Positions 9,429-20,060 are shown, counted from the stretch's first letter. The stretch: DNA of 64,000 bases from an uncultured Desulfosarcina sp. (GCA_963674945.2 CAXXWQ010000004.1:1568001-1632000), one strand, 5' to 3'. The notes: generated by a model from the letters alone, not told the origin. Translations and numbers: made by a program.

Positions 9429-10733
9429 CTATGCTTTGGCCGGTTGCAGGTCGCCGGTATCCTCCGCCGTCTCTTCGATTGCCGCGGGGGCTTCTTCTTC
9501 AATGGGATTCAGTTCCGCCTCCTGGGGAAAAATCGGCAGATAGCGGTATGAAATCATGATCAGGATAACGCCGTAGGCCACGGGCAAGAGTGTGGTGGCC
9601 ACTTCCTGCCAGCTGGGGTAGTACAGTGCCCACTGGTCGAAGGGCAACACGGGAACGGCCATGACCTGAAGAACCATGACCCAGCGGTTCAAACATACCC
9701 CCATGACGCCCAGGAACAGGGCGGTGACGCGCCAGGTGGGATTTCTTCGCAAGGGTACGCTAATCAGGATGATCGCCGGCACAACCCCGCCAAGGATGAT
9801 CTCGGCGATGAGAATCCAGTATCCGTAGAAACCGTTGCCCGTATAAAAATCGGCCAGGGTCTGCCCCAACCCGGGCGCCACGATGTTGGCCCACCGGGTG
9901 GTATCGGCGATCTTGACGATCGTATAGGTAAAGATCATCCAACCGGAAATCTTGGCAAAGAGGTCGATGACATTGTCCTTGACCAGTTTCTTGCCGGAGA
10001 CTTTCTCGGTGATCCAGGTGATCAGCATCGTGAAACAGGGGCCGTACGCCGCAGCGGACCATGTAAAGAGAAAAAAGGTCCAGGGCCAGATGAGGAGCCC
10101 CTCACGATAGGCGAAGGGACGACCGAAGAGAACGCCGGCGACACCACCCAGGGACCCCTGATGAAAAAAGGAGAGGAAGGCGCCGGTGGCGGCGAAAACC
10201 GCCATGGTCTCGTGCATATTGTGGCTCAGGTTGTGAAAAAACGGAACCTTGTCCAGCTGTCGGTTTTCCAGGATCAGCGGGATGTACTCGATGGTCAGCA
10301 CCGCAAAATAGCAGGACAGGCAGAAGGCCACCTCGGTGAGCATGGAGTGGACATTGGCGTGCCAGAAAATAAACCAGCTGCGAAGCGGCTGTCCAACGTC
10401 GATGGCAAGGATGAGCAGAGCGGAACTGTAGCAGATGAACCCGATGAGAACGGCGTAGTTGATGATGTTCTTGAGCTCATCCTTACCGATGATATACTTG
10501 AGTAGCCCGCTGAAAAAAGCGCCGCCGCCCAGAGCAATGACAGCCAGATCCGCCCAGATCCAGATGGCAAACCCGTAATAGTCATTCATGTTTGTCTGGT
10601 TCAGTCCTTTGATCCAGCATAGCAACAGGGCATACACCCCCCATAAAAGGACAGCGCCCGCGATGCCCAGTCCCAGGAGGAACTGCCACATGGGGCAACG
10701 TTTGACTCCTTTGGGTATTAAAGCAGAATCCAT
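9429..10733 (-). CDS. qrcD: Menaquinone reductase integral membrane subunit QrcD (NrfD/PsrC family)
   Basis: Multi-TM; WADLAVIALGGGAF, DVGQPLR, SFFHQGSLGG motifs; operon order. Confidence 0.92.
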   Translation of the reverse strand: MDSALIPKGVKRCPMWQFLLGLGIAGAVLLWGVYALLLCWIKGLNQTNMNDYYGFAIWIWADLAVIALGGGAFFSGLLKYIIGKDELKNIINYAVLIGFICYSSALLILAIDVGQPLRSWFIFWHANVHSMLTEVAFCLSCYFAVLTIEYIPLILENRQLDKVPFFHNLSHNMHETMAVFAATGAFLSFFHQGSLGGVAGVLFGRPFAYREGLLIWPWTFFLFTWSAAAYGPCFTMLITWITEKVSGKKLVKDNVIDLFAKISGWMIFTYTIVKIADTTRWANIVAPGLGQTLADFYTGNGFYGYWILIAEIILGGVVPAIILISVPLRRNPTWRVTALFLGVMGVCLNRWVMVLQVMAVPVLPFDQWALYYPSWQEVATTLLPVAYGVILIMISYRYLPIFPQEAELNPIEEEAPAAIEETAEDTGDLQPAKA

Positions 10734-10826
10734 AGGGTAAGTACTCCTTGATCTGTACGGTTTGCCGTTTAAGTCTTATGGTTCCGATACGATCGCGCCG
10801 ATGCGATCGCGTCTTCACAAAACGCT

Positions 10827-11654
10827 TTAGTGGTGCGGCTGGGAAACCTGCCCGGTCTTTTCATGGGCCAGATAGTTATCGCCGGCCCGGCGCACCCATT
10901 CCCGACTGGACAGATAGTACACCTTGGTATTGGTACCCAGTCGCTCCAACAGCCGGAAGGCGTTGGGATTTTTTGATCGGTTGCCGTTGTGCGGGTCCGG
11001 CTTGACGATCTGGTGAACCTTGTGTTCCGGATTGTTCAGGTCCCCGAAAACGATGGCACCGGCAGGACAAGCCTGGGTGCAGGCGGTCTGGTATGCCGCT
11101 TCGGCCACCTTGCGGGTTCCGTCCGTATACGCCTTGTTCTTGGCAAGTTGATAACGATGGAAACAGAAGCTGCACTTTTCCACGACGCCGCGCATCCGGG
11201 GAGACACGTTGGGGCTCAGGTATTTCTCCATCCCGTCGGGCCAGACCGGATCCCACCAATTGAAGTACCGGGCATGGTAGGGGCAAGCTCCCATGCAGTA
11301 CCGGCAACCGAAGCATCGGGTATAGATCTGGCTGACGATGCCTGTTTCACGGCTGTAATCGGTGGCCGTCGCGGGGCAGACCGAGACGCAGGGGCTGTGG
11401 CCGCCGTGTCCTTCGCAGTGCTGACAGGGCCGTGGCAGATAGCAGATCTCCGTGTCCGGAAAACTTTTTCCGTTGGTCAATTTGAAAACGCGCATCCAGG
11501 AAATGCTGCGTAGTTTGTCTGACTCGTCTTCCTTGAAGGGGATGTTGTTCTCGGACATGCAGGCCACCATGCAGGCACCGCATCCGGTACACTTGTCCAG
11601 GTCGATGGCCATCCCATATCTCATGGGCGTAGTATGTTTCTGCTCTTGTTTCAT
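10827..11654 (-). CDS. qrcC: Menaquinone reductase iron-sulfur subunit QrcC
   Basis: IDLDKCTGCGACMVAC, PCQHC, CVSVCP, CFGCRYCMGACPY, KCSFC, CTQACP. Confidence 0.92.
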   Translation of the reverse strand: MKQEQKHTTPMRYGMAIDLDKCTGCGACMVACMSENNIPFKEDESDKLRSISWMRVFKLTNGKSFPDTEICYLPRPCQHCEGHGGHSPCVSVCPATATDYSRETGIVSQIYTRCFGCRYCMGACPYHARYFNWWDPVWPDGMEKYLSPNVSPRMRGVVEKCSFCFHRYQLAKNKAYTDGTRKVAEAAYQTACTQACPAGAIVFGDLNNPEHKVHQIVKPDPHNGNRSKNPNAFRLLERLGTNTKVYYLSSREWVRRAGDNYLAHEKTGQVSQPHH

Positions 11655-11675
11655 CAGATCCTCATGTCAGGTTGG

Positions 11676-13841
11676 TTAGGCTTTGGCCAACATGGCCCGG
11701 ATTCCCCATGCGGCATTGAGACCGGAAGAAGGATCCTCGACAGGGCCGATGAGTGCGTTGAAATTGACCCCCTTGTCTGCCAGGTAGCCGTCGTAGCCGG
11801 TATGCCCCAGTCCTCTCACCATGGCGATCACGCCGGGCATGATCCCCTCGGACAGATGAACCCGTACCCGGGCTTGACCACGGGGCGTGGTCAGTTTTGC
11901 CATGGTGCCTTCGGCGAGACCGTTTTCGGCCGCCGTCTGGGGATTGACCTCGACGAAACCGTCCTTTCCCTTGATCACGGTGTCGGAAACGGTTTTGATC
12001 ATGAAAGGCGGAGCGCCGATGTATCCCGTCGATACGCGGATGGAATCGAAGGGAATCAGCACCAGCGGAAAACTGTCCACCTCGCCCTCGGCCTGAAGGG
12101 CCGGCGTATTCAGGTCGGCCATGCGAAACTTGCTGGCCACCGGGTCAATTCTCTTTTCCACCCACACGCCCTCTTCCATCAGGAGATTCCATCTTTTCCC
12201 CATGGTCTCCTGCAGGCAGGTCTCGTAATCTTCCCAGGCAAAGGCATCGGCGATGGCCCCACCCATTGCTTTGGCGAGGGTGATTACCGTCTCTCCAAGG
12301 TGCCGGGTATTGAATTGGGGAGAAACCACCGGTTTGCTCAGACCAATGACCTGCTGTAGGATTCCGGCACCAACGGGGATGTCTTCGTATCGTTCCAGGT
12401 AGACGTGATCGGGCATAAGAAGATCGGCCATCTGAGCGGTATCGTCGTTGAAGGAGGAGAAACTGACGATAAAGGGAATCTGGGCCAACACCTCCTTCAC
12501 CTTCATCGCATCGGCCAGATCGTGACAGGGATTTGCACCGGCCACCATCAAAAGCTGCAGGGCATACGGACCTTCGCCGTTGATGGCAGGAACCATACGG
12601 TCGGCCAAGCTTTCGACGTCGCTGTACGTTTTGGTTCCGGCGCCGTCCAACCGTGGCTGGTCGAGTCCTGCGGCAGACATTGTATCCGGCTTTACCCGTG
12701 GCCATTGGATGTAGTCGGCGTATGGAAGGACGTACATGCCGCCTTCTTGATTGATGTTGTCTGCCAGGGCATTGAGCAGATAGACGGCGGCGGTTTCCCG
12801 CAGGCTGGTGCCGATTTCGCCTTTTCCCCGGCCGCACAGCGCCAGGGGGCGACCGGCTTTGGCAAAGGCCGTGGCCAGTTCCATGATCACATCGGCCGAC
12901 ACACCGGTAATCCGGGCCACCGTCTCCGCCGGGTAGTTGTCCAGAAGATCCTTTTTTACACGGCGCATTCCCGATACGGCACCGCTGCCCACCATATTGT
13001 TTTTAACCATGGCGGCGGCGATGCCCAATGCCAGATCCGCTTCGGTTCCGGGATTGATGGGAATCCAGCGGTTGGCCTTGGCCGCCGTGTTGGAAAGGCG
13101 CGGTTCAATCTGAACCACAGCGGCGCTGTTTTCCTTCCACTTGCTGTTGGCCCGGAAAGTACGAACCGGCGAGCCCCAGCCATCCAACAGACCGCTTCCG
13201 AAACTCAAGATGTAGTCGGCATTTTCCAGGTCATATCCGATTCTGCCCTCGTCTTCGAACAGCATCTTTACGGCCAATGCCTCCGTATCCTGCGGTGAAG
13301 GCATTCGGATGAAGTTTGGGGATCCGTAGGCGGTCATGAAGCGTTCCAGGAGGGCCGGCACCGTCCCGCCCGGACCGGCAATGGCCCCCACGGTGTGCGA
13401 TTCACCACCATCGCGAATTTCGGTGAGTTTTTCCGAAAGCAGGGCCGTGGCCTCTTCCCAGGAGATCCGTTCCCATTTTCCCTCGCCCCGTTCGCCGACC
13501 CGTTTCATGGGCGATTTGACCCGCGTCGGACCGTACAACAGCTGCAGACCGGAAAGCCCCTTGATGCAGATACCGCCGTCATTGATCAAGTGTCCTTTCT
13601 TTCCCTCGATTTTGACGGCGCGGTTGTCGACCTTGCGAACGGAAATACCGCAACCACCCGGACAGAGCGAACAGGTGGAATCCTGATAGGTGTATGCCCC
13701 ATCCGGCGGAACCGGCGTCCAGGGCCACATCTGGGACCAAATGGCGGCGTCATCCATGAGTTTCCACGGCAATGGCGACAGGGCCGTACCCGCCGCGCCG
13801 CCGATGACGAACGATAAGAAACTTCTTCTGTCAACTTTCAT
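11676..13841 (-). CDS. qrcB: Menaquinone reductase molybdopterin-oxidoreductase-like subunit QrcB
   Basis: Tat motif DRRSFL; CSLCPGGC...C Fe-S motif; DMSO-reductase family fold motifs. Confidence 0.9.
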   Translation of the reverse strand: MKVDRRSFLSFVIGGAAGTALSPLPWKLMDDAAIWSQMWPWTPVPPDGAYTYQDSTCSLCPGGCGISVRKVDNRAVKIEGKKGHLINDGGICIKGLSGLQLLYGPTRVKSPMKRVGERGEGKWERISWEEATALLSEKLTEIRDGGESHTVGAIAGPGGTVPALLERFMTAYGSPNFIRMPSPQDTEALAVKMLFEDEGRIGYDLENADYILSFGSGLLDGWGSPVRTFRANSKWKENSAAVVQIEPRLSNTAAKANRWIPINPGTEADLALGIAAAMVKNNMVGSGAVSGMRRVKKDLLDNYPAETVARITGVSADVIMELATAFAKAGRPLALCGRGKGEIGTSLRETAAVYLLNALADNINQEGGMYVLPYADYIQWPRVKPDTMSAAGLDQPRLDGAGTKTYSDVESLADRMVPAINGEGPYALQLLMVAGANPCHDLADAMKVKEVLAQIPFIVSFSSFNDDTAQMADLLMPDHVYLERYEDIPVGAGILQQVIGLSKPVVSPQFNTRHLGETVITLAKAMGGAIADAFAWEDYETCLQETMGKRWNLLMEEGVWVEKRIDPVASKFRMADLNTPALQAEGEVDSFPLVLIPFDSIRVSTGYIGAPPFMIKTVSDTVIKGKDGFVEVNPQTAAENGLAEGTMAKLTTPRGQARVRVHLSEGIMPGVIAMVRGLGHTGYDGYLADKGVNFNALIGPVEDPSSGLNAAWGIRAMLAKA

Positions 13842-13912
13842 CTAAATTTCCCCTCACCTTATATACGAAACAGAAGCTATAATGGTGGTTCAGGCCATGG
13901 TTTTCTTCCCGG

Positions 13913-14602
13913 CTACTTATGGCAAACAAAACAGGCATCACGCTCGGTCTGAACGCTGGATGTATGAATGATTCCCGCTTCCTTGTGGCATTGTGCGCAG
14001 TCATCCATCTTCATGCGGTCCCAGCTGTTTTTCTTGAACCCGCCGATGTTCTTGCCCCAGATGTCCCGGCTGTACCGGGTGATGAGATTGTATTCGTAAG
14101 GTCGGGAGCTTTCCGATTCGCCGATGTGACCGTGGCAGGTAACGCAGTCCATTTTGGCACCGACCACGTGGGCGGCATGGGAAAAGAACACACAGTCCGG
14201 TTGGCGGGAGTAGGCGAGCCACGGTACTTCCCGGTTTTTCCACACGTATTGCTCGACGAAAACGGCCTCATCCTCGGATTCCCCCATGGTCTCCTCGTGG
14301 CAATTCACGCACTGGGCGAGCTTGGGAATACCGGAGAAGCTTCCGTCTTCCCTGAAGTAGTGGCAACTGTTGCAGCCATCGTCCACCTCTCCCACATGGA
14401 GGGCATGGTTGAAACTCAGCGGCTGCTGTTTCTGCGAATAGAGAAGCTCGGGAAAAACCACCCAGCCCAGAACCATACTGGCGGCAAAACCGATGATGAA
14501 AAACAGGATAATATACCCGCTGGCACTTGCGTTGTTGCCATCTTTGGCATGCACTGCGCCATCCTCCATCGCCTCTTTGGCCTTTTCGTTTAAGGTACTC
14601 AT
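13913..14602 (-). CDS. qrcA: Membrane-anchored pentaheme cytochrome c QrcA
   Basis: N-terminal TM helix; five CxxCH (CNSCH, CVNCH, CVTCH, CAQCH, CFVCH); GGAG RBS before ATG 14602. Confidence 0.92.
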   Translation of the reverse strand: MSTLNEKAKEAMEDGAVHAKDGNNASASGYIILFFIIGFAASMVLGWVVFPELLYSQKQQPLSFNHALHVGEVDDGCNSCHYFREDGSFSGIPKLAQCVNCHEETMGESEDEAVFVEQYVWKNREVPWLAYSRQPDCVFFSHAAHVVGAKMDCVTCHGHIGESESSRPYEYNLITRYSRDIWGKNIGGFKKNSWDRMKMDDCAQCHKEAGIIHTSSVQTERDACFVCHK

Positions 14603-15014
14603 GAAATCTCCGTCAACCGCGTTATGATGATTTCTGCCGTGAAACCATTTCCCAATGAAACGTAAATCGCCTTCGTTTCCTTCTCTACACCGTTCAAAGG
14701 TTCTCACGACGCTCTTGTCGAATACGCCGAATTCGTTACCGGTGCTTGCCCATTCATATTATTCAGACGGGATGCATTCCCTCCCACGGGTAAAAAAATT
14801 AGGGAGGTAAAGCTTGCGCCTTACTATAGGTAGTCGGTCATTTTGTCAAGAAAAAATCCTTGAAAACAGGCCGTTGTCCTGGCGTGGGCGAATTGTGCAA
14901 ACTCGCGAAAGGCGGCTGTTTACCGGCATATGGCCCTTGCCGAAGGATGGATGTTATCGCTTTCAGCAGGACCGGACATCGCCGACCGGATGAAACGCGA
15001 CATCGGGATCGGAC

Positions 15015-15042
15015 TTGACATGTTGCGTTCCAACATTAAAAT
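15015..15042 (+). promoter_or_regulatory. Candidate sigma70 promoter for the ABC operon, with a palindrome in the spacer
   Basis: TTGACA-16 nt-TAAAAT; ATGTTG-N5-CAACAT overlaps it. Confidence 0.5.
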
Positions 15043-15237
15043 ACTAAACGCATACGGACCGCCATTATGAAGCAGGTGGCATCCTCGCCACCGTGGCGAC
15101 CGATTCGTTCGATTACAGCATTCCCAGACGACAACCCCATTCGCGTAGCCGGCCATCGGCACCGAAACGGTATGTGCCGTCGTTCTGGTTCTGCTCTCTT
15201 TACATGATCTCTTCAAGGCCAAGGAGACCGCAAGTCT

Positions 15238-16185
15238 ATGATTGAAGTCAAGCATCTGACCAAACGGTTCGGCACTCATCCGGCGGTGGACGGCATCTCA
15301 TTCTCCGCAGCGAAGGGCGAAATATTGGGTTTTTTGGGGCCTAATGGCGCAGGCAAATCCACCACCATGCGCATGATCACTGGATTTTTTCCTCCCAGTG
15401 ATGGAACCGTGATCATCGGGGGCAACGATATTGTACTTCATCCCATCGCCGCTCGAAAAATGATCGGCTATCTTCCCGAAAATGCTCCGGTATATCCGGA
15501 TATGACCGTAAGCCGTTACCTGGATTTCTGCGCGGAAATCCGCGGCTTCTCGGGAGCGGCCAGAAAAAAACGGGTGGCGGAAACCGTGGAACGATGCTTT
15601 CTGACCGGCGTACGCCACCAGACGGTCAACACCCTCTCCAAGGGCTACAAACAAAGGGTCTGCTTTGCCCAGAGTATCCTGCACGACCCCGAATACCTGA
15701 TTCTGGACGAACCCACCGACGGACTGGACCCCAACCAGAAACACGAAGTCCGTCTCATGATCCGTGAGATGAGCGCCACCAAGGCCATCATCTTCTCCAC
15801 CCATATTCTGGATGAGGTGGATGCCGTGTGCAGCCGGGCCATCATCATCGCGGATGGCAAAATCGTCGCAGACGATACGCCCGACGGTCTTAGAAAGCGA
15901 TCGGCTTTTTACGGGTCCGTCGTGCTCACCGTAAAAAGGGGGGGGGCGGAAGGAATGCAAAAGCGCATCGGTGAATTGGATGGCGTCGCATCGGTATCCG
16001 TGGTGAGTGCCGAAAAGGAACGCACAACCTTGCGCATCTTTGCCGATGAACCGACGACGCCCATCGCCGATCGGATAATCGCTTCGCTGGGTGAAAGTGC
16101 ATCGGCCATCGACGCCCTATTCGTGGAACAAGGGCGCCTGGACGATGTGTTTCGCGACATCACCACCGGCGGACAACAACGCTAA
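15238..16185 (+). CDS. ABC transporter ATP-binding protein (GldA-like)
   Basis: GPNGAGKST Walker A, LSKGYKQR signature, LILDEPT Walker B, STH switch. Confidence 0.93.
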   Translation: MIEVKHLTKRFGTHPAVDGISFSAAKGEILGFLGPNGAGKSTTMRMITGFFPPSDGTVIIGGNDIVLHPIAARKMIGYLPENAPVYPDMTVSRYLDFCAEIRGFSGAARKKRVAETVERCFLTGVRHQTVNTLSKGYKQRVCFAQSILHDPEYLILDEPTDGLDPNQKHEVRLMIREMSATKAIIFSTHILDEVDAVCSRAIIIADGKIVADDTPDGLRKRSAFYGSVVLTVKRGGAEGMQKRIGELDGVASVSVVSAEKERTTLRIFADEPTTPIADRIIASLGESASAIDALFVEQGRLDDVFRDITTGGQQR

Positions 16186-16270
16186 TGCCTATCCGGAAAT
16201 GGCCAATTTGCCCGATATGGGCCTTACACTCGAAATTTTATTCTCGGAATATCAACCAATGGAGAGGTAA

Positions 16271-17023
16271 ATGGTAAACGGCAGTTTTTTCAGAAACACA
16301 CGAATTATCATGAAGCGAGAGCTATCCGGTTACTTCGGATCTCCGGTCGCCTACGTGTTCATCGTCATATTTCTCCTCTTGACCGGTTTTTTCACCTTTT
16401 ACATCAGCAAGTTTTTCGAAGCAGGCCAGGCAGACCTTCATGGTTTCTTCCAATGGCTCCCCTGGTTGTTCATGTTCTTGGTTCCTGCGATCGCCATGCG
16501 GCTTTGGTCCGAAGAACGGAGACTGGGAACCATCGAGCTTCTCCTGACCCTCCCGGTGACCGTCACCGAGGTGGTCATGGGAAAATTTCTGGCCGCATGG
16601 TGCTTTATCGGCGTTGCTCTGGCCCTGACCTTCCCCATGGTGCTCACGGTCATCTACCTTGGGAACCCGGACATGGGAGTGATCTTTTGCGCCTACCTGG
16701 GCGCCTTCCTCCTGGCCGGCACATTTTTAAGTGTGGGAAGCATGACATCGGCATTGACCCGGAGCCAGGTGGTCAGCTTCATCCTGGCTGTCGTTGCCTG
16801 TCTCTTTCTCATTCTCGCCGGATTCGGACCGGTGACCGCGGTCCTTTCCGGTTGGGCCCCTGTCTGGTTGGTGGATCTGGTCGCTTCGACCAGTGTGATG
16901 TCTCATTTCTACTCCATGGCCAGGGGGGTCTTGGATGTGCGCGATCTTCTCTACTATCTGTCGGTCATGACCGTTATGATCTTTATCAACGGGGTGATCC
17001 TGCAAAACCGGGAATCGGCATAA
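16271..17023 (+). CDS. ABC-2 type permease (GldF-like)
   Basis: RELSGYFGSPVAY, MRLWSEERRLGTIELLLT, GKFLA; about six TM helices. Confidence 0.9.
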   Translation: MVNGSFFRNTRIIMKRELSGYFGSPVAYVFIVIFLLLTGFFTFYISKFFEAGQADLHGFFQWLPWLFMFLVPAIAMRLWSEERRLGTIELLLTLPVTVTEVVMGKFLAAWCFIGVALALTFPMVLTVIYLGNPDMGVIFCAYLGAFLLAGTFLSVGSMTSALTRSQVVSFILAVVACLFLILAGFGPVTAVLSGWAPVWLVDLVASTSVMSHFYSMARGVLDVRDLLYYLSVMTVMIFINGVILQNRESA

Positions 17024-17040
17024 AGGAGGGCCACGGATCC

Positions 17041-18921
17041 ATGCGTGATGGAAACAAACGAGTTGGGAAAACGGCATATTCGGCGGGTAGTGCCATATTG
17101 ATCATCGCCATCGCGGTGCTGGTGAACCTATTGATGTCCGGCACCACCTTCCGGTGGGACACGACCGAAGACAATTTGTACAGCCTCTCATCGGGCACCC
17201 GAACCATTCTCTCCGATTTGAACGAGGATGTGGTCATCAAGGTGTTCTACAGCAGCCACCTGGCCGACATGCCCGCCCATATCAAAACGTTCGCCCAGCG
17301 GGTATTGGATTTCTTGCGTGAGTACGAACAATACGGCAAGGGACGGATAAAGCTGGAGACCTATGACCCCAAACCCGATTCGGAAGAGGAAGACTGGGCC
17401 ATTAAATACGGCATGAAAAGCATCCGCCTGTCCTCCGGAGACCCGTTGTATCTTGGTTTGGTTGTCCTCAGCACCGACAAGGAAGCGGCCATGGAGTTCA
17501 TCGACCCTTCTCAAGAGACCCGGCTGGAATACGATATCACCCGCCTGATCACCCAGGTACAGACGGTGGATAAGATGAAGATCGCCGTTGTGAGCAGCCT
17601 GCCGGTTTTCGGCACGCCGCCCATGAATATGGGCATGGGGCAACCTCCGACCCAGTCGGAACCGTGGTTTTTCATTCAGGAGTTAAAAAAGACCTACGAT
17701 CTGACCAACGTCAACATCAATGACGACCATATCGATCCGGAAACCGACCTTCTGGTGCTGTTTCACGCCAAAAACATGTCCCGGCAGCTGGCCTTTGCCG
17801 TGGACCAATACATTCTGGGAGGTGGAAATGCCATCGTCTTCGCGGATCCCCTCTCCCTGCTGGATGACCCGCGCATGGGACAAGGTGGCAGTATTCCCGA
17901 AGAGCTCTTTACGGCATGGGGCATCAAAATGGAAAAAGGCAAGGCCGTCGCCGACTATTCCATTGCTACGCAACTGCGTAACAGAGAAGGTCAGATCGAG
18001 ACCAATCCAATGTGGCTCTCCCCCCAGGCACAATCCTTTAATAAGGAGGCATTGATCACCGCCGATCTTGATTCCATGCTCTTTCCGGTAGCGGGTTCCA
18101 TCGAAATCCTGCCGGACAGCGGCTACGATGTGGTTCCCCTGGTACAATCCACCACCAACAATGCCATGGTCGATACCTCTCTCCACGGCATGGATGTGCA
18201 ACTCTTGCGGCGGGACTTTTCACCCTCCGGGATCAAGCGCAACCTGGCGGTGCGGATAACCGGGAAATTCAAGACCGCTTTCCCCGATGGGAACCCCAAA
18301 AAGGCTGATGGTGACGAAGAATCCGAAACGAAGCAGGAAGAGACCGGACAAGCGCCCCCGCTGACGGAGGGAACGTCCGAATCGATCATCGTGGTCGTCG
18401 CCGACAGCGATATGATGTTTGATGGCTACTATGTTAACAAACAGAATCTTCTCGGTTTTACCATTGCCAATATCTTCAATGATAACCTGAACTTCGTTCT
18501 CAACAGCAGCGAAATGCTCACCGGCAACCCGGCCTTGATTCGCATCCGCTCCAGAGGTACCTTCGAAAGACCGTTTACGCGTGTACAGGCGTTGGAAAGA
18601 AAGGCGCAGGATCGCTGGCTGAGCCAGGAACAGGAGCTGGTCAGAGAGGTGGACGAGACAAACGAAAAACTTCGAATGCTCGAACAGAAAAAGGATGCCA
18701 CCCAACGGGCGATTTTAAGCGAGGAGCAAGAAGAAGAGATCCAGCGCTTCCAGGAAGAGAAGTTGCGGATTAAGAAAGAACTCAAGGTTGTTCGTCGTAA
18801 CCTGCGCTCTGAAATCGAACAACTGGGAGCCACCATCAAGTTTGTGAACATCTTCTTGGTGCCGCTTATCATCTGCATCGGTGGCGTCATTTTCGCAATC
18901 ACTCGGAGAAGAAAGGCATAA
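17041..18921 (+). CDS. GldG-like ABC auxiliary periplasmic protein
   Basis: DTTEDNLYSLSSGT, LEYDIT, DQYILGGG, VVADSD motifs; N- and C-terminal TM, coiled coil; AAGGAGG RBS. Confidence 0.88.
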   Translation: MRDGNKRVGKTAYSAGSAILIIAIAVLVNLLMSGTTFRWDTTEDNLYSLSSGTRTILSDLNEDVVIKVFYSSHLADMPAHIKTFAQRVLDFLREYEQYGKGRIKLETYDPKPDSEEEDWAIKYGMKSIRLSSGDPLYLGLVVLSTDKEAAMEFIDPSQETRLEYDITRLITQVQTVDKMKIAVVSSLPVFGTPPMNMGMGQPPTQSEPWFFIQELKKTYDLTNVNINDDHIDPETDLLVLFHAKNMSRQLAFAVDQYILGGGNAIVFADPLSLLDDPRMGQGGSIPEELFTAWGIKMEKGKAVADYSIATQLRNREGQIETNPMWLSPQAQSFNKEALITADLDSMLFPVAGSIEILPDSGYDVVPLVQSTTNNAMVDTSLHGMDVQLLRRDFSPSGIKRNLAVRITGKFKTAFPDGNPKKADGDEESETKQEETGQAPPLTEGTSESIIVVVADSDMMFDGYYVNKQNLLGFTIANIFNDNLNFVLNSSEMLTGNPALIRIRSRGTFERPFTRVQALERKAQDRWLSQEQELVREVDETNEKLRMLEQKKDATQRAILSEEQEEEIQRFQEEKLRIKKELKVVRRNLRSEIEQLGATIKFVNIFLVPLIICIGGVIFAITRRRKA

Positions 18922-18926
18922 TCTCG

Positions 18927-20060
18927 ATGAAGCGCAATACGTTTTTAACACTGCTTGCGATAGCGGCAATCCTGGTCGCAGCCTCGTTTCTTCGCTTTGG
19001 CAACGAAGAACAGACCGACGATCAAGCCATGGGAGACAAATTGTTCGCCGATCTCCCGGTAAATGCGGTGACCAAGGTAACCATCGCCGATGCGAAAAAT
19101 CAGACAACCCTTATAAAGGGGAAAACGGTTTGGCAGGTAGAGGAACGAAGCGGTTATCCGGCCGACTTCAACGAATTGGGAAACCTGGTCCTGAAAATCA
19201 GCCAACTGAAAATCGGACGCAGCTTCTCCGGCTCCGAGGAGAGTCTCCATCGCCTGTCCCTTGCACCTCCATCGGCGGATGATCCTGACGGCAAAAGTAA
19301 GCGAATCACACTGGCGGATACATCGGGAAAGGTCCTGGCAGACCTGATAGTTGGAAAGAGTCGGGAATCCGATGGCGGTGGTGGTGGTCAATACCTGAAA
19401 CTTGCGGAGTCCGATGATGTTTTCCTTGTGGACGGCAGTTTCCGCTTTTTGAAAACCGAGCCCGCCCAGTGGTTGAAAAATGAGATCGTAGACATCGATG
19501 CCGAAAAAATCCGATCGGTGGCATGCTATAAGGGTAACGATCCGAATGCGGTCTATACCCTGTCCCGCCCCAAGAAGGGGGAATCGGCAGCACTATCACC
19601 CATCCCGTCAAACAGAAAGGCCGACTCAGCCAAGATCGAACAGGTCTTCGACGCCATTGGTCCTTTGAATTTGAGCGATGTGACACCCGCTGACCAGGCC
19701 CCCGAAGGCGATCCAGAGGGTTTTCGTCTGATCTACCGGCTGTATGATGGCCGGGAAATTACCATCCGCCCCGATTCCGACGGGAAAGAGCATTACACTG
19801 TCCGGATGGCAGTCCGCGAAATTCCAAAAGAAGAGATGGAGGAACCATCCGGGGAAGAATCGAAAGAGGATGCCGAAAAAAAAGAGCCGGCATCGGATGC
19901 GGATGAGGGCCAAACCGAAGAAAAATCGGCAGCCGAGCTGAGCGAAGCGCTGACCCCATGGGTCTTTTCCATCCAGAAGTGGCAGTTCGACAGCCTGATG
20001 ACCCAGGTGGAGTCTCTGCTGGAACCACTGCCGGAGAAGAAAGCGGTCACCGATTCATAG
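18927..20060 (+). CDS. DUF4340-like membrane-anchored periplasmic protein
   Basis: N-terminal anchor, WQV...GYPAD motif, usual position after a GldG-like gene. Confidence 0.75.
   Translation: MKRNTFLTLLAIAAILVAASFLRFGNEEQTDDQAMGDKLFADLPVNAVTKVTIADAKNQTTLIKGKTVWQVEERSGYPADFNELGNLVLKISQLKIGRSFSGSEESLHRLSLAPPSADDPDGKSKRITLADTSGKVLADLIVGKSRESDGGGGGQYLKLAESDDVFLVDGSFRFLKTEPAQWLKNEIVDIDAEKIRSVACYKGNDPNAVYTLSRPKKGESAALSPIPSNRKADSAKIEQVFDAIGPLNLSDVTPADQAPEGDPEGFRLIYRLYDGREITIRPDSDGKEHYTVRMAVREIPKEEMEEPSGEESKEDAEKKEPASDADEGQTEEKSAAELSEALTPWVFSIQKWQFDSLMTQVESLLEPLPEKKAVTDS

Noticed and set aside
16453..17040. N-terminal extension of the GldG-like ORF
   Set aside because: Overlaps the permease out of frame; a strong RBS precedes ATG 17041
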